This document shows positions 1 to 13,624 of a DNA stretch of 64,000 nt, in pieces. The first letter of the stretch is position 1. Each line of letters starts with the position of its first letter. The DNA lies in assembly GCF_009914755.1 (NCBI RefSeq), contig NC_060926.1; one strand, 5' to 3'. Source of the DNA: the human T2T-CHM13v2.0 reference genome, Homo sapiens. The translations under genes and the position numbers were made by a program. The notes under the pieces are model-generated. The model was not told where the DNA came from. It was given only the letters and a program-made list of their open reading frames with translations, and searched no databases.

Positions 1-2950
1 TCCTACCTGAGTCTCCAGATACAGGAGCCTCAAACTAGAAAAACATCAGCTCCTCCCAGGGTCTCCAGCTCCATGACCCTCAAACTAGAATAACATCAGC
101 TCCTTCCCAGGTCTCCAGCTGCACGACCATCAAACTAGAACATCAGCTCCTCCCCAAGTCTTCAGCTGCATGACCCTCAAACTAGAACATCAGCTCCTCC
201 CAAGGTGTCCAGCTGCATGACCGTCAAACTAGAACATCAGCTTGTCCCCGAGTCTTCAGATGCACAACTCTCAAACTAGAACACCAGCTCCTCTCCGGGT
301 CTCCAGCTGCACGACCCTCACACTAGAAAGACGCCAGCTCCTCCGGGTTCTACAGCTGCATGACCCTCCAAGTAAAAAAAACACCTGTTCCTCACAGGGT
401 CTACAGCTGAACGAACCTCAGACTAGAAAAACACCAGCTCCTCCCCAGGTCTCAACCTGCAAGACCCTCAAACTAGAACAACATAAGCTCCTCCCTGGGT
501 TTCCAGCTCAAGGAACCTCAAACTAGAATAACGCTAGCTTCTCCCTGGGTGTCCAGCTCCACTACACTCTGATCAGAAAAACATCAGCTCCTACCTGAGT
601 CTCCAGCTTCAGGACCCTCAAACTAGAACATCAGCTCCTCTCCGAGTCTCCAGCTGCACGACACTCAGACTAGAAAAACTCCAGCTCCTCCCAAGTTCTA
701 CAGCTACATGACTCTGAAACTAAAAAACACCCTCTCCTGCCTAGGGCTTCAGCTGAACTAACCTCAAACTAGAACACCACCAACTCCTCTCTGGGTATCC
801 AGCTCCATGACCCTCAAACAAGAATAACACCAGCTCCCCCCTTGGTCTCCAGCTCCATGACCCTTAAAACAGAACAACATCATCTCCTCCCCGGGTCTCA
901 AGCTGCATAACCCCCAAAATAGAACATCAGCTCCTTTCCAGGTCTCCAGCTGCAGGACACTTATACTAGAAAAACACCAGCTCCTCCCGGGTTCTACAGC
1001 TGCGTGACCCTCAAACTAATGAAACACCAGCTCCTCTCTGGGTCTCCAGCTGCACGAACCTCCAACTAGAACAACACCAGCTCCTCTCTGGGTCTCCAGC
1101 TCCATGACCCTCAAACGAGAACATCAGCTCCTCTCCAGGTGTCCAGCTGGATGACCCTCAAACTAGAACATCAGCTCCTCTCCGGGTCTCCAGCTGCACA
1201 ACACTCATACTAGAAAAACGCCAGCTCCTCCTGGGTTCTACAGCTGCACAACCCTCTAACTAAAGAAACACCAGCTCCTCTCTGGGTCTCCAGCTGCACG
1301 AACCTCAAACTACAACATCAGCTCCTCTCCAGGTTTCCAGCAGCAGGACACTCATACTAGAAAAACACCAGCTCCTCCTGGGTTCTACAGCTGCACGACC
1401 CTCAAACTAAAGAAACACCAGCTCCTCTCTGGGTCTCCAGCTGCATGAACCTCAAATTAGAACAACATCAGCTCCTCTCTGGCTCTCCAGCTCCATGACC
1501 CTCAAACTGGAACAACATCAGCTCCTCTCCAGGTCTCCAGCTGAGAGACCCTTAAATGAGAACAACATCAGTTCCTCCCCGAGTCTTCAGCTGCACGACC
1601 CTCAAACTAGAACATCAGCTCCTCTCTGGGTCTCCAGCTGCAGGGCCCTCAAACTACCACATCAGCTCCTCCCCGAGTCTGCAGCTGCACGACCCTCAAA
1701 CTAGAACATCAGCTCCTCTCTGGGTCTCCAGCTGCAGGGCCCTCAAACTACCACATCAGCTCCTCCCCGAGTCTGCAGCTGCACGACCCTCAAATTAGAA
1801 CATCAACTCCTTTCCGGTTCTCCAGCTGCAGGACACTCAAATTAAAAAACGCCAGGTCCTCCAGGTTCTACAGCTGCACATCCCTCAAACTAAAAAAAAC
1901 TCCTGCTCCTTCCCAGGTCTCTAGCTGCACGAACCTCATACTAGAACAGCACCAGCTCCTCTCTGGGTCTCCAGCTGCAAGACCCCCAAACTAGAACAAC
2001 ATCCACTCCACCCAGGTTCTACGGCTGCACAACTCTCAAACTAAAGAAACACCAGCTCATCTGCCGGTCTCCAGCTGCATGAACCTCAAACTAGTACAAC
2101 AGCTCCTCTCCGGGTCTTCAGCTGCAGGACACTCATACTAGAAAAACGCCAGCTCCTCCCGGGTTCTACAGCTGCATGACCCTCAAACTGAAAAACACCC
2201 GCTCTTCCCCAGGTCTCCAGCTGCATGAACCTCAAACTAGAACAACAAGTCAATATGAGAAAAACGCCAGCTCCTCCCGGGTTCTACAGCTGCATGATCC
2301 TCAAACTGAAAAACACCTGCTCCTCCCCAGGTCTCCAGCTGCACAAACCTCAAACTAGAACAACACCAGCTGCTCTCTGGGTCTCCAGCTGAATGACCCT
2401 CAAACTAGAACATCAGCTCCTCCCTGAGTCTTCAGCTGCACGACCCTCAAAATAGAACACCAGCTCCTCTCCGGGTCTTCAGCTGCAAGACACTCATACT
2501 AGAAATTCACCAGCTACTCCCAGGGTCTGCAGCTGCACAACCCTCAAACAAAAAACACCAGCTCCTTCCCAGGTCTTCAGCTGCAAGACCCTCAAACTAG
2601 AAAAATACCAGCTCCTCCCCAGGTCTTCGGCTCCATGACCCTCCAATTAAAACAACATCAGCTCCTCCCGGGTCTCCAGTTGCACGACGCTCCAATTAGA
2701 ACACCTCTCCCCGCTGGATCTCCAGCTCCATGACCCTAACAGAAGAACAGCAACACCAGCTCCTTCATTGGTCTTCAGCTCCACAACCTAAGACATCAGT
2801 GGCAGCACTGGCTCCTCTGTGGACCTCCAGCTCAACGACTCTCAGACTTAAAAGGCAGCAACGTCTCCTCCCCAGGGCTCCATCTCCACCACTCTCAGAT
2901 TTGAACAGCGGTCGCACCAGCTCCTGTCTGGGTTTTCAGCCCAATGACCC
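1..2950. repeat. Tandem satellite, ~47-50-bp monomer (about 60 copies visible), tentatively D20S16-like; runs off the window's left edge
   Basis: Recurrent unit CAGCTCCTCTCCGGGTCTCCAGCTGCACGACCCTCAAACTAGAAC(AAC)AT across 1-2950; terminal units more diverged. The tandem array is certain; the family name is recalled, not verified. Confidence 0.9.
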
Positions 2951-2995
2951 TCCCTGAACAATCCCTTCTCATGAAATTCAGCAGTCAAGTAAATG

Positions 2996-3040
2996 AATAA
3001 ATGTTTTGTTTTCAAATAATAAAAATAAAAATAAATAAAA
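2996..3040 (+). promoter_or_regulatory. Polyadenylation signal AATAAA followed by an A-rich tail at the end of the satellite
   Basis: AATAAA at 2996-3001, 12-nt spacer, then AAATAATAAAAATAAAAATAAATAAAA at 3014-3040. Confidence 0.55.
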
Positions 3041-3170
3041 CTCAGTGTTAGTATGAACATGGAGATAAATCAAACTAAAAATTTTTAATGATACAAGTCA
3101 TTATATTTAGATATATATCTAGATAATATATTTAGATAATCTAAATATATTTAGATAATATATATGGTGC

Positions 3171-4055
3171 TATAGGGGAGGAAAAATACCTCTCTTTTTT
3201 CCATCTTAGGCTACTGGCTGAGGCCACATAACAAAAGACAGATTAACAAGAGAAAAGCATCTGAATTTATTTACTATAAATTTTACCTGACATGGGAGCC
3301 TTCATAAGGAAATGAAGACCCAAGGAAAGAGTTAAACCTAGTGCTTTCTTTTTTTTTTTTTTTTTTTTTTTTTGAGATGGAGTCTCACTTTGTTGCCCAG
3401 GCTGGAGTGCAATGGCACAATCTCGGCTCATTGCAACATCCAACCCCCAGGTTCAAGTGATCCTCCTGCCTCAGCCCCCGCTAGTAACTGGGATTACAGA
3501 CATGCACCACCATGCCCAGCTAATTTTTGTATTTTTAGTAGAGACAGGGTTTCACCATGTTGGCCAGGCTGATCTTGAACTCCTGACCTCAGGTGATCCA
3601 CCTGCCTAGGCCTCCCAAACTGTTGGGATTACAGGCATGAGCCACCGCGCCCAGCCAAACCTAGTGCTTTTATAGTGGGCTGGATGAAGAATAAAGAGTC
3701 GTGGAGAACTATGATAGGGCAAAAACAGTATGATGTAATGGCATTAAACTGGGGCAACTTAGTAAGGGCAGTATCTTCAGATTTTTCTAGGTATCTCTGT
3801 GTCTTTTGAGATAAGGATGCTCATTTCTTCTAGTTGTAGAGAAGTCATCTTTCACATGAGGGTCTTAACGATTTGCTTCAGGAGAAGATTGAGAAAATCC
3901 TTCCTAGGTTTTAAAACTGGCCTGGGGAGAAGGGTAGCAGAAGGTCACAGAGACATCCCTACTTCTGCCATTTTCTCAGATTCCTTCTGCTCAAAATATT
4001 CTGTATATATGCCAAGATGCCATTATTTTGGAGTAACATGTCCTAAACCCTATCA
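3171..4055 (-). mobile_element. ERV1 solo LTR, MER31-like, interrupted by an Alu
   Basis: Termini TATAGGGGAGGAAAA...CCTAAACCCTATCA resemble MER31 reverse complement; near-TSD GTGC/ATGC. Confidence 0.7.
3348..3656 (-). mobile_element. Alu (AluSx/Sz-like)
   Basis: Poly-T then Alu antisense body; perfect 14-bp TSD AAACCTAGTGCTTT at 3334-3347 and 3657-3670. Confidence 0.97.
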
Positions 4056-4374
4056 ATGCCTTAAGGCATATTCTCAGAAAATTAAAGCCATCTAAGAAAA
4101 AGAAAAATTATAACTAAAAGAGATTATAAACATTGTTCAACATTAGCTAAAAATAAGTTAATTTTTGCAAAATATATTTTATAAATGTTCATATATCTAC
4201 AGAACATTATTCATGAAAACATATATTTTAAAGTTCCCAAATGAATTACAGATATCAGTGATGTTTTATGCAATACTTTATATATGAAGTCTTTGATTCT
4301 TTTTCATTAAGCTAGTAAGAATCTGTTAATTACCTCTTATTTGGATGTCATTCTATTTATCAATACCTGTAAAC

Positions 4375-4595
4375 AGTTATTGAATGTTTATTATGTACCA
4401 GGCTTTTTCCTAACTTTTAAATTGATTTTCTTATAATCCTCGCCCTAGCCCAATGATATAGGCATTATCACTATGTTAAAAAGTTGAGAAATCGAAAATG
4501 AGGCTAAAAAGGATGAAATAATTTTCCCAAGATTATATAGCTGGTTAGCGACCAAGCTAGGAGTTAAATTTCTATAATCTGACTGCAGTGTCAGC
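4375..4595 (-). mobile_element. MIR SINE, degenerate
   Basis: Core-like GAAAATGAGGCTAAAAAGGATGAAATAATTTTCCCAAGATTATATAGCTGGTTAG. Confidence 0.65.
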
Positions 4596-5599
4596 ACATT
4601 TATATATTATCATGGTTACTAAAGTACATATTCCATGAAATAATGCCTATGTATTTTTTCAAAATCTCTCAGCATAAAAATTATTCAAACAACAATTTAT
4701 ATAGTTTATATACTACATCTTTCAACCAATATTTTGAATCACATCCATTTCCCTTCCAGATTATAACAAATAAATCCAAAAACCAGTAGGAGCCAAGGGG
4801 ACCACACACATAACCACCAAGTCTCCCCTCTCCTAGACACTCATCATCAAAACACCTTAGGCATTTTCATTTCTCTCTTTGCTTTTCCACTTCTCAGTTC
4901 TTATTAAAATAACTGTGCTTAGGGCTTTATTATCTCTAGCCTGCTTTGTTTTACAAACTTCCACCATTTTCCTTCTTCAATCAATCATATTTATCAGAGC
5001 CAGTGTTGGAAAAAAAATAAAATAAACACTATTCCTTTCCACTCATTTGCTTGAAAACTCCATGGATTTCTGAAACAAGTGCACACTTCTCAGTCAGCCT
5101 TCAGGACCTGATAACCGCACCTTACTCTTCCACTGTGTCCTAGAACTCTGTGCAAGAGAACTGGTCATCTGCTCCTTGCTTCGGCAATGGGCTTCCCAAC
5201 AAGAATGCACCCCTTTTCAATAAATGTACTCAAAGTTTGCTCTTTCATAAGATCCTGATTCAACCTCTCCCCACAAAGATTCAGCATTTCATGTTAAATT
5301 CTTCACAGATTTTTCCATAAATTATGTTTATAATATTTTGATTATTCAGTTATAAAATTACAAATTCTTCAAAATGGAAGAAATCTAGGACGTTATTTAA
5401 TTTTACATGTTTCAGATGAGGAAGATGGGGGCACTCAGTGTAGCAATACTTACATTTATATTTCGATACATTGTTCTCTTATTTCCAAATATATACACAC
5501 ATTTTTTTTAGTGTCTGAGCAAATCATTACCAAATAGTTATTGATTGATCAGCACTTGTATAACATAAGCTTTAAAGACTAGTATATAGACTAGTATAT

Positions 5600-5760
5600 A
5601 TCAGAATCATACTGAGGGCTGGTTAAATCAGTTAGCTGGGTCCTATTCTCAAAATTTCTAATTCAGTAGGTTTGGGGTGGAGCCTGAGAATTTGTCTCAA
5701 ACAGGTTCCCAGGTGGTGTTGAATCTGCTCATCCAGGAACCATATTTGGAGAAGAGGTGG
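5600..5760. mobile_element. MER5A-like hAT-Charlie MITE
   Basis: TTCTAATTCAGTAGGTTTGGGGTGGAGCCTGAGAATTTG...CAGGTTCCCAGGTGGTG is typical of MER5A. Confidence 0.75.
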
Positions 5761-6789
5761 CCTAGGCTATAAAATGACAAATATAATAACAGCCTATCGT
5801 AAAAAATGTCATACCTCTGTCCTTAAATTTTCTTTCATTCTATTTTCTTAATTTAATATACAGTGGTATAATATCAGAAGAAAAAACACATTTGCTTTGT
5901 GTTATTTTGATTTTAGTTTACCTAATTCATTATGTATAAAATATTGGCTTTTCCTTTTATACATTACTAATTCAATGAACTTAAATATGCTATTTTGATA
6001 ACTATAATTGAAGTTCTTTCCATATGAAATTAAAAAATGGTTTATTCAATATTATTAAAATATATCCCTGCCTAGGTTTAAAAAATAAAAAATGTTGAGA
6101 CAAAGGCTGTTGATCAGAACCATTTACTAAGTAATTCTTCATTTCTCACTACTGAGTGGAATCTGCCAAAAGAATGGAAGGTCATATCTTTGAGGACTTC
6201 CTCAGAGGTACAAAGTGCAGTCACAGCAGTACATAAATGAACAAGCCTAGCAGAAATGACCTCATTTCAGATTAAGAGAACAAGCTGCCTAGAATTCTTC
6301 ATAGCTAATGTACCAAATTCATACCACGCTTTGTCACTGATTTTTGTTAAAATTAAATACAAATTGGGAAGTTGTTGTACATGGCAAAAGAAAGCCGCTT
6401 ATCTTTAAAGAGCAAAGCTATTAGACAGTGACTAATGCAGGCATTCTATCACTATTCCTAGGAAAGCTGTGTCTGACATCTGTTATTTTTGTTTATTTTT
6501 ATTTTCTACATACGTTCAGATTGTTTTAGATGTGCCATTGTAAATATAACCAAAGCTTTTTATCTCAGTAGCACCTCCTAGAGCAAATAGAGTCTGCCAA
6601 GGAAGCTGGCAAAATCAGAACCCGCATCTACACAAACACTGGGACCTGAGATTCATTCATATATATATTTCATACCTAACACATGCCTAATTATAGACTA
6701 GGAAGAAAAATTTAGGGAAAGTATAAGAAATGTATATATAGTGTATAAATTTTATTATGAAGTATATTTAGAGTTTCCATAGTCAAACA

Positions 6790-7260
6790 TCTGTTGAATG
6801 CGGCTCTCGAAACATCAACAAAGAAACCTATTAAAAATATTAAGCTGAGTTTATTGCTCATCATACTTAAGAGAACTACCTTAACAAAATCTTAGTAACA
6901 TCCCAGAGGAGAGAACACAAAGTCTAGACATTGAAATTGTGAAGTCACTTTTAAGACAGTTCTTTCAACATGGGGACTTGGTTAGGATTGGGTAACAATC
7001 ATGAAATAATGGTTTATAAGCAGTAGACACAGCAAGGAGAGGATGATCAGGCAAGGAGTCCAAAGAGTCATGGAGTATAAATTGTTGTTTGATGCTTTTC
7101 TGTGGAAGAATTAATGAGTCCTTGAGAAAATTCATGAAATTAACAGCAAAGAAATTTATCATTTTTCTCATCCTGGGCAAGCGTTTTCAGGAATTATAAA
7201 GTTAAATTGATGAAGATAGCACAATACTAAAGTCATGTTAATATGGATAGTAAGCTATGC
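6790..7260. mobile_element. Probable old LTR, family not assigned
   Basis: LTR-like composition with an antisense poly-A-signal-like GAGTTTATTG near one end; boundaries uncertain. Confidence 0.3.
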
Positions 7261-9005
7261 AGTTGATTTTATCAAATCACTGCAAAATTCTCAAATCCTT
7301 AGAGAATATTATCTCAGAACTGGCACTTTTGCTCATTCTTTATTAGGCGATTCAAATGATCTACAATTCTGCTTCTGGTGCAGTGTGCGATATAAATAGT
7401 GACTCCTAGAAGTGCCATATTTAGAGCTCGGTGTTGTTTTTTGTGTTGAAAGATTGGACATTCAGAAGCATCAGGAGTTAGATCAACTTTATAGTCAACG
7501 GGAGGTAGATCAGTGGGAATCAATACTGTTTAGTCCACATGTAGCATCACTCTGTCAATGTCATCAGTTTGTTCATAGGCCCGTGATGTCAGTTGCACAG
7601 TGACCTATGATTGTTCAGTGGCCCCTTCTATGGTGAATAAATTTCCCCAATGTGTAAGTAGACCTGGACTATTTTAGCAGCCTGAATTTTCACAAAGTTT
7701 CTCAACAGTGAGATAAAGTCTTCTTACCTTAATCTCAAGTGTGTTTTAAATGTTAGAAAGAATTTCAAAAACATTTGCAGAAAAAATAAAAAACTGCAAA
7801 CAAAACATAGGAAGTACATTTCTCAGCACACGTTGCAAATAACTTTCAAAGATCACAGCTGTCAGTGGAGTATGATGAAAGCATCAGGCATTGTAAACAT
7901 TCAAGCCCAGAAATGGCATGAACTACGTATCCCCCTATTTTTTCAAAAATGCTTTCAGTTTTGTAAAAAAATACATATATATTTATAACAATACCAATTC
8001 TCAGGCTATTTCTAAGAAGGATAAATAAAATACAATATTGCTTTCAATTGCTCAAGTGGAGAAAAATGTTCTGGTTTCTAACTCGGCCATTTATCATTTA
8101 GCAGAAGCTAAAACAAATGATAATAAGTAGTCAAGAGTGGGGGAAAGGCTAACATACATCTAAAGAAATATGTTCATGCAGTCTTCAACATGGCTTCCTA
8201 AAGATTTTACAAAGTACTGATTTAGTCTTTTTAAAGATGCCTTAACAACTTCACTAGGGATATGCTAATCCAACTGTCTGGCAGATGGAATGCTAATGCT
8301 TTGACAACTGGCAGGGATGGATCCTCTACAAATTGCTTGTTACTTCATTGTGATTTTGAAACATCCTCTGGAGAATAACTGTCATTACACTCCTTAATGT
8401 TACATTATAACTCATAGACTCTGACACCATTATTTAGCTGAGGCAGCGAGTTATTAGCCAAACTGCTGTGGGAGATTGTATTATTTGGAGAATTCCAAAA
8501 AATCAAATTAAATAAATAAACTAGAGCATAAGAACAGAACCCATCCCTCTGCAGATGATTGGCTTTTTCCTATGAACTAAAGTATTGGGTTTCTTTTTGT
8601 CTTTGATCAAGATCAAGTAATTCAATTGACCTAAATGTACATAGTGAGCTATATATTAACCAAAATGGTAGCTCCAAGACATACCTTCTTAAAGCATCTA
8701 TTGGCAAAGTATCAATCTCTAATGAGCTGATTATTCAGGAAAACCAGCTGTCTAAATCATCCAGTAACTCTAATTAGTTAATACGTGTGACTGTGCTGGT
8801 TTCATACAATATCAGCACATCCTGGTTGCTCAAACATTATTAAAATCAATTATGAATTACTGGGAATAGCAAAATGAAGAGGTCATTATTGAGTCAGATG
8901 ATTATTTGAGGAGATATTCTGGGCAAATTTCAAGCTAACCACAGCGTGTTTATGGAAGGAAAGGAAAGGGTGAGGAAGCTTCCTGATTAATGGAGATAGC
9001 CAGTG

Positions 9006-9587
<582 letters not shown>

Positions 9588-11464
9588 ACTATCTCCATTA
9601 ATCAAATTCCTTCCCAACTCTGGGTTCAATGATGACTCATTGATAGCTTGGAATTGGATTTACACTACCGAAATAAGCAAAAACTGCAGTTTGGTATTTA
9701 GATAGCTGAAGATAATCATCATTCCGTTGCAAACCTATAGGGCTATTTCACATTTCTGTAAGCAAACACAGAAACTGTCTGCTAACTCTGAGTTGGCAAA
9801 TATATGAAAACTCCAGTTTCAAACGTGTTATAAATCAACAGTTATATCATTGAATTAGCTTAATAAATTATGTAGGACATAATGTATGTTTGTTTGAATT
9901 CAAATTCCAGAGCTTGTCAAATAGCTGGGATTTTATCTAATAAATGTTGTAAAATACAACTAAGTCCAATAAAAGATAAAAGCTGTACTTGGAAGGCAGA
10001 TAAAACTAACTGAATTTCACAAATGGCAGTATCACCAACCACCTATTATTTAATGACAAAATATTCATTAAAATATGGCAGGATAACTTAAATAGCTAAA
10101 ATTGATATATAAGTAGCATTTGGAGTAATACTTCTCCAATGGACAGATAAAAAAATTCTTCAAATTACTCTACTAAGCTATGAGTTTTGTTTTTTTTTTC
10201 ACTAAACTATGATTTTGAGTTTTATCCATTGAACCTGTATAAAAATCTTAATTTCTTCACAATTATCTTTACATATTGTTCTAAAGAATCTGATTTATTT
10301 TAGTGTTATTCTAGTTATAAGCATCTTAGTCATCATCTCACTGTCTATAACCTGAGAAGGAAAGAATCATATTTGTGACTTGCTGTTAAGTTTAATTATC
10401 AACCTGCTAGACAGAATTGCACTTACTGCAAGTGTAAAAGTCCCTTGTTAAGTTAGCCTGCTCTTCCACTCAAAGGAACACTGTCACTTCCAAGACTTGC
10501 CCTTCTAACTGCAGACTGCTGGATCTTTCCTTAGCAACACTTCCTTTTCTACTCTGTTGGGTTCTCTTCACTTATCAAAATTAATTCTCAGCTAACCTGG
10601 ACAACACTGTGATGTTTATTTCCTTCAAAATGATTTGTACCCCAGTAAATTATAACCATTCAGATTCCTGCTTTGCACACAGAAAGCTATTCGTTCTTAT
10701 CCTTTTTCTTTTGTTACTAATAGAATGCATGCATTGTTTAAATTATCTGCCTAAGCTTTTTTAATAGAGTAAATAGTACAGTATAGAATTTATTTTGAAA
10801 AATAAAATAAAGGGTCCAGGCTTTTTAAACATACAAAAATTAAGAATACAGAGTGGCCAGTTTTCAAACAAAAAAAGCATTGCCCTCCAAAAAGTCTTTT
10901 AGAAATAAAATTTAAAAATACAACTATTGTTTACCTACTTTTGAAATAATTATGATAATTATGTTGGATGTTAATAATAAATAAATTCACTCTAATTCAA
11001 TTCATTGGCAATGGAATCATCCTATTTCATCCACCCACCCTCAACAAGTTTTGTTCCAACATTACGCACTAAAACAGAATCTCTTTTACAGAAGACTACA
11101 TTGTTTTGGTGTACTGTTATTTTGAAACCAGAGATAGGAATGCAAAACAAGTCTATTTAGAATGGATTGTCAAAACAACATCTGGTTTTGACAGATTTTG
11201 CTTAAATTGCTGATTGTTCAGCATCTGAAATTACTTTCCTCTTAGTACTTTTTTTAATATGAACATGAAGTTTTCCACTAAGACATATCATAAATAAATA
11301 AGATTCATTCTCTTCTGGCCTTTTCAAATGTGAATTAATTCAAAGACTCTTAAACAGAAGAAAAAGAACACTAGATCATATGCCTATTACACAAGTATCT
11401 AAAACCTCTAGGGTCAAACTTGGAAATCTGTTCTTTTTTCTCATGTGAATAAATCTAGTTTAAA

Positions 11465-11488
11465 TGTGTGTGTGTGTGTGTGTGTGTG
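11465..11488. repeat. (TG)n microsatellite
   Basis: Direct reading. Confidence 0.95.
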
Positions 11489-11784
11489 TCTTTATTCACT
11501 TTTTACATTCATATTAATTTCAATTTATTGAAATAAAGATATTAGCAGGATATTTGTATTATCTTTTCATACTACAGTTTTTCTGCTTAACACACCAATA
11601 AAATAGATGTTGCTCACTGACAGTGTACCATAGCCACTTAGAGTGTGCAAAATTTGCATGCATTTAGTTATCTGAACCTATAAATATATGAAAAAATAAG
11701 CACTGTCTTGGTTTTTATTTCCATTATAGACAGCAAAAAAAGATATAAATAGGGCCATGGTACAATGATTTAATTATAAGAGGA

Positions 11785-12528
11785 AAAAGCTTTATCACTG
11801 GAGAAACACTTGTGAAGTTTACAACCCTGAGACACAGGCCTCCCAAAAGATCGAGTTTTAATCAGCTTATGGAAGGCTCCCATTCTACCACACTATTTTA
11901 CCATACCAACGGTGCTTTCATATGATAGCTGTGGGTTCTAAAGCTGAACTAGCTGTAACATACAGACTATCTAGAAGAGGTACTTAGGAAAAGCCCAAAG
12001 TCAAGAGCATAGCTAAAAACAAAGACACTAAAGGAATTTGAAGACTCTAGAACTGCAATAAAAATAAAGAATACCTTTCTTGGGTTCATCAGTAGACATA
12101 ACACAGCCAAGGAAATAAGCAGTGAGCTTGAAGGTAACTTAATAGAAGCTTCCTAAACTGAAAGGCAAAGAGAAAAGGAACTGAAAAAAAAATGAATATG
12201 AATATTCACAATAATTTCAGAGGATGTAATATATGTGTGAACATAATATCAGAAGAAGAAACAAACAAACAAAAAAACAGAAGAAACGGAGAGGAAGAAA
12301 TATTTGAAATAGTAATGGCCAAGAACTTTTAAAAATTAGTGGTAGACACCAAGTCACAGATGCAGCAAGTTCAGAGAACATCAAGCCGAATAAAAACCAA
12401 AAACCCCACAGGTGGGCGTGTCATTAAAACTGCAGAAAAATAACAAAGAAAAAACAAATTCTTACAAGAAGCCAAAGGAAAATACACCTTACTTATAGAG
12501 AAACAAGGATAAGAATTATAATAGCCTT
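11785..12528 (+). mobile_element. Old L1M 5'/ORF1 fragment
   Basis: TGGGTTCATCAGTAGAC...AGTGAGCTTGAAG and AAGTTCAGAGAACATCAAGC are L1 ORF1-like; A-rich sense strand. Confidence 0.65.
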
Positions 12529-12529
12529 T

Positions 12530-12640
12530 TGTGCTACAATTAAAAAGACACTTGGTCTTTATCCCTCGTTCCTGGCACAGAGCTGCTAAATCCCTTGGAA
12601 TTTCCTGAGTGATAAGACTTTGTTATGCTAGCGAGGTTAC
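12530..12640 (+). mobile_element. MER21-like LTR 5' fragment
   Basis: GTTCCTGGCACAGAGCTGCTAAATCCCTTGGAATTTCCTGAGTGATAAG. Confidence 0.6.
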
Positions 12641-13624
12641 ACATATGAAATATATTGTATTTTATATGCACACACGTATTTACATGTATTTATTTGTATA
12701 TATATGTGTATGTATGCATATACACATATACACGCACATACACGCACACACATTTTTTTTTAAACCAAGTCTCCCCTTTGTTAATTGAGTACTATTTCTT
12801 CACATCTACTGTCTTTGGTCTGGAACTGCCTCCATATAATATATGATAAACATTAGTGAGAGTAAATTACTAAGATTTCCAAATAAGACTACGTATATTT
12901 GAATAAATGTTATTTTTTTAAATGATGTACTTAGGCGTTTATGCATTTCTCCATTACTCAATGTGTTTTCAGACTCTTTGGTAAGCTCTACAAATGACTT
13001 ATTACCAATATAGGAAATCAGACTGAATATTGGATCTCTCACCTTATTTTATTTTTTTTCTAAAGGCTACATGCATAGCCTGATAACCCAGTTGATTCAA
13101 ATAACAAGTTCAAACAAAATTAAATATGGCTGTCTGAAAGGTAATTTTTACCTTGAAATATTTACCTAAATTGGAGACATTTAAAGTAATGCGCTACAAG
13201 TTTTTTGGGCTAGTCCCAAAAGTGAGTTTTAAGGTACATCATATTAAAGTATAAATAGGAGACACTTTGGTAGCTTCTGCCAGACCATGTTCTCTGCTGC
13301 ATGCCTTTTCCATCCCTGTAGTTAGGGTCCCCAAAACATGATGTTTGTACTATATGCCCATGACCCCTTACAAGTGATCATTATAGAAACAGATAGACAT
13401 CCACGGTAGGATGAGATCAAAGATCAAAATATGTAATCAGAGAATTCTAAGTAGTTGCATTCTACTATGTAAAAGATGCAAAGTTGATTAGTGTAAAAAA
13501 ATAAGATTATAGAGAAAATGTCTTTTATTAGTTGTCAAAAAGACTTTCCAGTTCATTGCCACAGATGCTGCCTTAGACCTGGCCATTTCCCTATCCTTAG
13601 GTTCCATGATATTCTCCAGCAAAA

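Noticed and set aside
1-2950. CRISPR-like look (conserved cores alternating with variable segments)
   Set aside because: The variable parts are homologous to each other rather than unique spacers, there are no cas genes, and the context is primate DNA.
242-2957. ORFs within the satellite as a repetitive protein
   Set aside because: Monomer lengths of 47-50 bp shift frame and TAG/TAA stops recur; the ORFs are short by-products.
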